Of a DNA stretch of 64,000 nt, positions 60,851 to 64,000 are shown in pieces (the first letter of the stretch is position 1; each line of letters opens with the position of its first letter). The notes under the pieces were generated by a model. It saw nothing but the letters and a program-made list of their open reading frames with translations. It searched no databases and was not told the DNA's origin. The DNA is taken from the NCBI RefSeq assembly GCF_009914755.1, contig NC_060929.1. The stretch is one strand, 5' to 3'. This DNA is from the human T2T-CHM13v2.0 reference genome, Homo sapiens. A program made the translations under genes and the position numbers.

Positions 60851-61065
60851 AGGCCAATTCACTAAAAAATCAATTTGCAGAATGACAAATTCATCAAATG
60901 TACTAATTTATAAAATATATTTTAAGAAACATTTTAAATATGTGTTCAATGGCTATGAGCATATTATTCTTAGTATTATATTCCAATTACTTGTTACTGA
61001 ATTGGTAATTTAGTGAATTGGCTTGTGGAAAACTTCAGTAAATTGCTTTTAGGAAAATTGCTTTA
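60851..61065. repeat. inverted repeat with ~15-bp subrepeats (MITE-like, family unassigned)
   Basis: gccaattcactaaa (60853-66) is the reverse complement of tttagtgaattggc (61009-22). Confidence 0.6.
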
Positions 61066-63730
61066 GAGCCCATGACTTTTCCTATTTAGTAAATAGTTAG
61101 AATAATTTTTTTCTTCTAAAAAAATTGCATGTGGAAAATATGTGAAATTGGTGCAGAGTACTTTGAAAGTCTCTATACATTCCTAAGAAAATGTTATGAC
61201 CTATTTTTATTTATGTGCTAGTATGAACAAAACTGATTTTACCTGAATTGGCTATGTGCTACTCAAAAAAAAACATTTTTGCTTGTCTCAGCTTCAGACT
61301 CCTTATCTGAAAGCTTCAAAGGCATTTTTATCAACTTGTCTGATATGTGAAATCCAACTAGAAAAAGAGACTCCAATTTAGGACTACATTGAGTGTTAAA
61401 GATTGCATATGCCATCTTACTAAGCAACTGAAGAAAGAACTCTTATTTCACCACTCTCTTTTAGTATTATTCATAGGCTGTTCATAAAAGATGGCTATAA
61501 AAATAACTACTAATTCTTTTTTTTTTCTATTCAAAATAAATCTAAGGAATTTAGCACAGGGCTCAATAAAAGCTTATTATGATTGTTGTTCTTAGTTGTC
61601 ATTGATAGCTTAATCTAATATCTTGAAATGATATACAATTAAAATTTAAATTAGTCTTATCCTCTGTAAGCTTTCACAACACAATATAGTACAAAGACTT
61701 GACTCTACAATCCATAAAATTCACAGTAGATTAAAGAAATGTATCACCCTTTCAGAACATCTGAATTGTTCTCTTCCTTATAATCTTCAATTATATGCTT
61801 GTAATAGTCATTTAACCATGCTTTGTCCCCTACAGAAACAAAAAAGGGTAACGAGTTTAATATTATCTTTAGTTAACAGAATACACATTAACACCTCCAC
61901 ACCAAGGTAATAAGAAAACTCTTTCTCAACCAACTTTCTTCACTGTATGCTGATAACAGACATTAATGCTGTGTAGTAGCACCTCTGTCGACAATTCAGC
62001 TATACCATGATTTCACACTTCCTGAATGAGCTACAATCTAATATGAGGAAAAGAGAGGGACTATTGCTCCTCCCCACTCCAAAAAAAAAAAAAAAAAATT
62101 CTGCCCAGAGACTCTTGAGCCTGCCAGAGCAAACAGGACACATTGAGGAAGGCTATAACACAACCCCTTGGGAGAAGATGTATATTTTTTCCGTAATGAA
62201 AGCTATTAATTTCTTCAGTGTATCTCACACACATAAAAGGTAATGTAGTTATGCAATTAATCAGTTTTGTGCTGAGTGTAGTTCATGGAGGGACGAATTG
62301 AATATTCATAACTGTTTTCTGTCATATTTAAACTAATGTTCACTCTTAAGCATTAAAGCTGTTCTTGGAAGTTTTCCCTACTAACATCAACTCTCTCTTT
62401 TAATAGTAAACGTTCTGCCTGCTTAGTAGTTATGTTTTTCCGCATACACCTATTTCCCTTGGATGTTTATTATTATGGTATTGCATGTTTGTTGATGGCA
62501 GAGACCATGTCCAATCTCCCAGGTCCTCATTCGCTAATACTTTATCTACAGGTGCTGAGACAAAGCTCATTCATTGACTGACTAGATACAATGCAATTAA
62601 AGATATTCCTTTAAAAATACTTTAATGAGGAAACATTTTCTGTAGCTTTGAGAAGCCTGATGTTTTCAGACTAGTCATCAGCTGGATAGAAGTGGTCCCA
62701 GGCATTTCACCTGCCTGTCTTTTCTGATCTGGATGTGACAGAGTGTCATCTCTTGCTGTTCTCTGAACCAAACAGAGAAATCAGCTGTTCACAGGACCCT
62801 GGGAGGTGAATTAGAAGGCAAGAATGGCTAAGAAAGGAAGTCTTTAAAATTTCAAGTATCTTAGTATGTTTAAAAGAAGGAGCTATATTCCAAAACCTCA
62901 AGCTGAGCAGTGAAAGAATAATAAGAGTTTTTCTCACTGCAAGCACACCCGGTCAAAGGGTATATCAGAAAACCCCTAGTCTAAGGTTCCCATGGAAAGA
63001 CATGTGCGAATCGAGTGATTCAGCAGATTTTAAGTGCTTATTTCCTTAGGCAGAGGTTAAACTTAATGTCAAGTGTTGAGTGAGGTTTGACTGCTTTTCC
63101 AGCTGCCCAGGCCATCTTTGTAAACACAGGAGTTAGAGATGAATACAACTCATTTATTCATGATATTTGCATGACTTAAACCTTTTCACATGTGCCTGGA
63201 CCAGAGGCACTCTTAAAAGTCTGAGCAAATCTCAAAATGATTTATGGAGAGGCTTCCACTGTCACACTAAGTCCACAAACATTTAAAGTGGATGTAGTCC
63301 AAGGTGGCAGGAGAAGCAATTTCCTCAGCCAACCTGGAGAAATGAGTGCCGCACAATCTAAGAAGATCGAGGAAAGCCTGGTACCACTGAAAAGATAACC
63401 CACTTAATAAAGGTTAAAAGGCCCCCTTTGGGGAGAAGAAATCTTTTTGCTTTGCCCCTGCTAGTGCAACTGCCTTTAGTGTCTGGGTCTGTAACAATAA
63501 GAAGTTTTATATTTGTGTTCAGCCTGAGAAGAAACTACATATCACAGATTTAAGAAAAGATAATTCAAAGAAATAGAAAAACAAGTTACAATGACAAACA
63601 GGTCTCTTTTACTTACTTACTTACTTATGTATTTTATTAATTTATTTGCCCCTAGTAGAATATTTTTGAAACTAAATGTTTCTCTTCTAGGGACCATTTG
63701 ACTATTCTTTCTTCTTAAGATTGGCCTTTG

Positions 63731-63840
63731 GCAGAGCTTGCAGTGAGCCAAGATCACGCCACTGCACTCTAGCCTAGGCGACAGAGCGTGACTCCATCTC
63801 AAAAATAAAATAAAATAAATAAAAAATAAATTAAAAAAAA
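63731..63840 (+). mobile_element. 5'-truncated AluY-type right-arm insertion
   Basis: gcagagcttgcagtgagcc...ccatctc plus (TAAAA)n tail; TSD aagattg(g/t)cc(t/c)ttg at 63717-30 and 63839-52. Confidence 0.9.
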
Positions 63841-64000
63841 GATTGTCCCTTGTATGAGCTAACACTCCCTTGAACTATAGTTAAGTTCTCTAGTCTCCCA
63901 AATCCCTGCCAATGAGATAAAAGTTGAATGTGTTTCCTCATAACTTTTACTTGTGAATAGGACCGTATTTATTTTTCAGAAACTATTTGGGGAAGGTCCT

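Overview
AT-rich primate (human-like) genomic DNA, intronic or intergenic. There is no intact protein-coding gene, RNA gene or CRISPR array that I can support. The one gene-derived feature is a 5'-truncated processed pseudogene of CTBP2 (about 3590-5703, +). It has a premature stop, a 1-nt frameshift, about 250 still-open C-terminal codons, a 3'UTR, a polyA signal and an A-tail. Much of the rest is mammalian/primate transposable elements: L1PA/L1PB/L1MA/L1MB/L1MC/L1ME/HAL1, AluJ/S/Y and a FLAM, MaLR LTRs including one two-LTR THE1, LTR16, Tigger6a, Charlie18a, MER45A, MER5, MIR and L2. Many have readable target-site duplications (TSDs) and are nested. Subfamily names come from recalled consensus sequences, not from a search. 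I found no convincing new biological system. The best leads are a non-LTR reverse-transcriptase-like motif in otherwise unique DNA (58809-59114, -), an unassigned MITE-like inverted repeat (60851-61065), the atypical 5' junction of the CTBP2 retrocopy, and several small insertion or rearrangement oddities.
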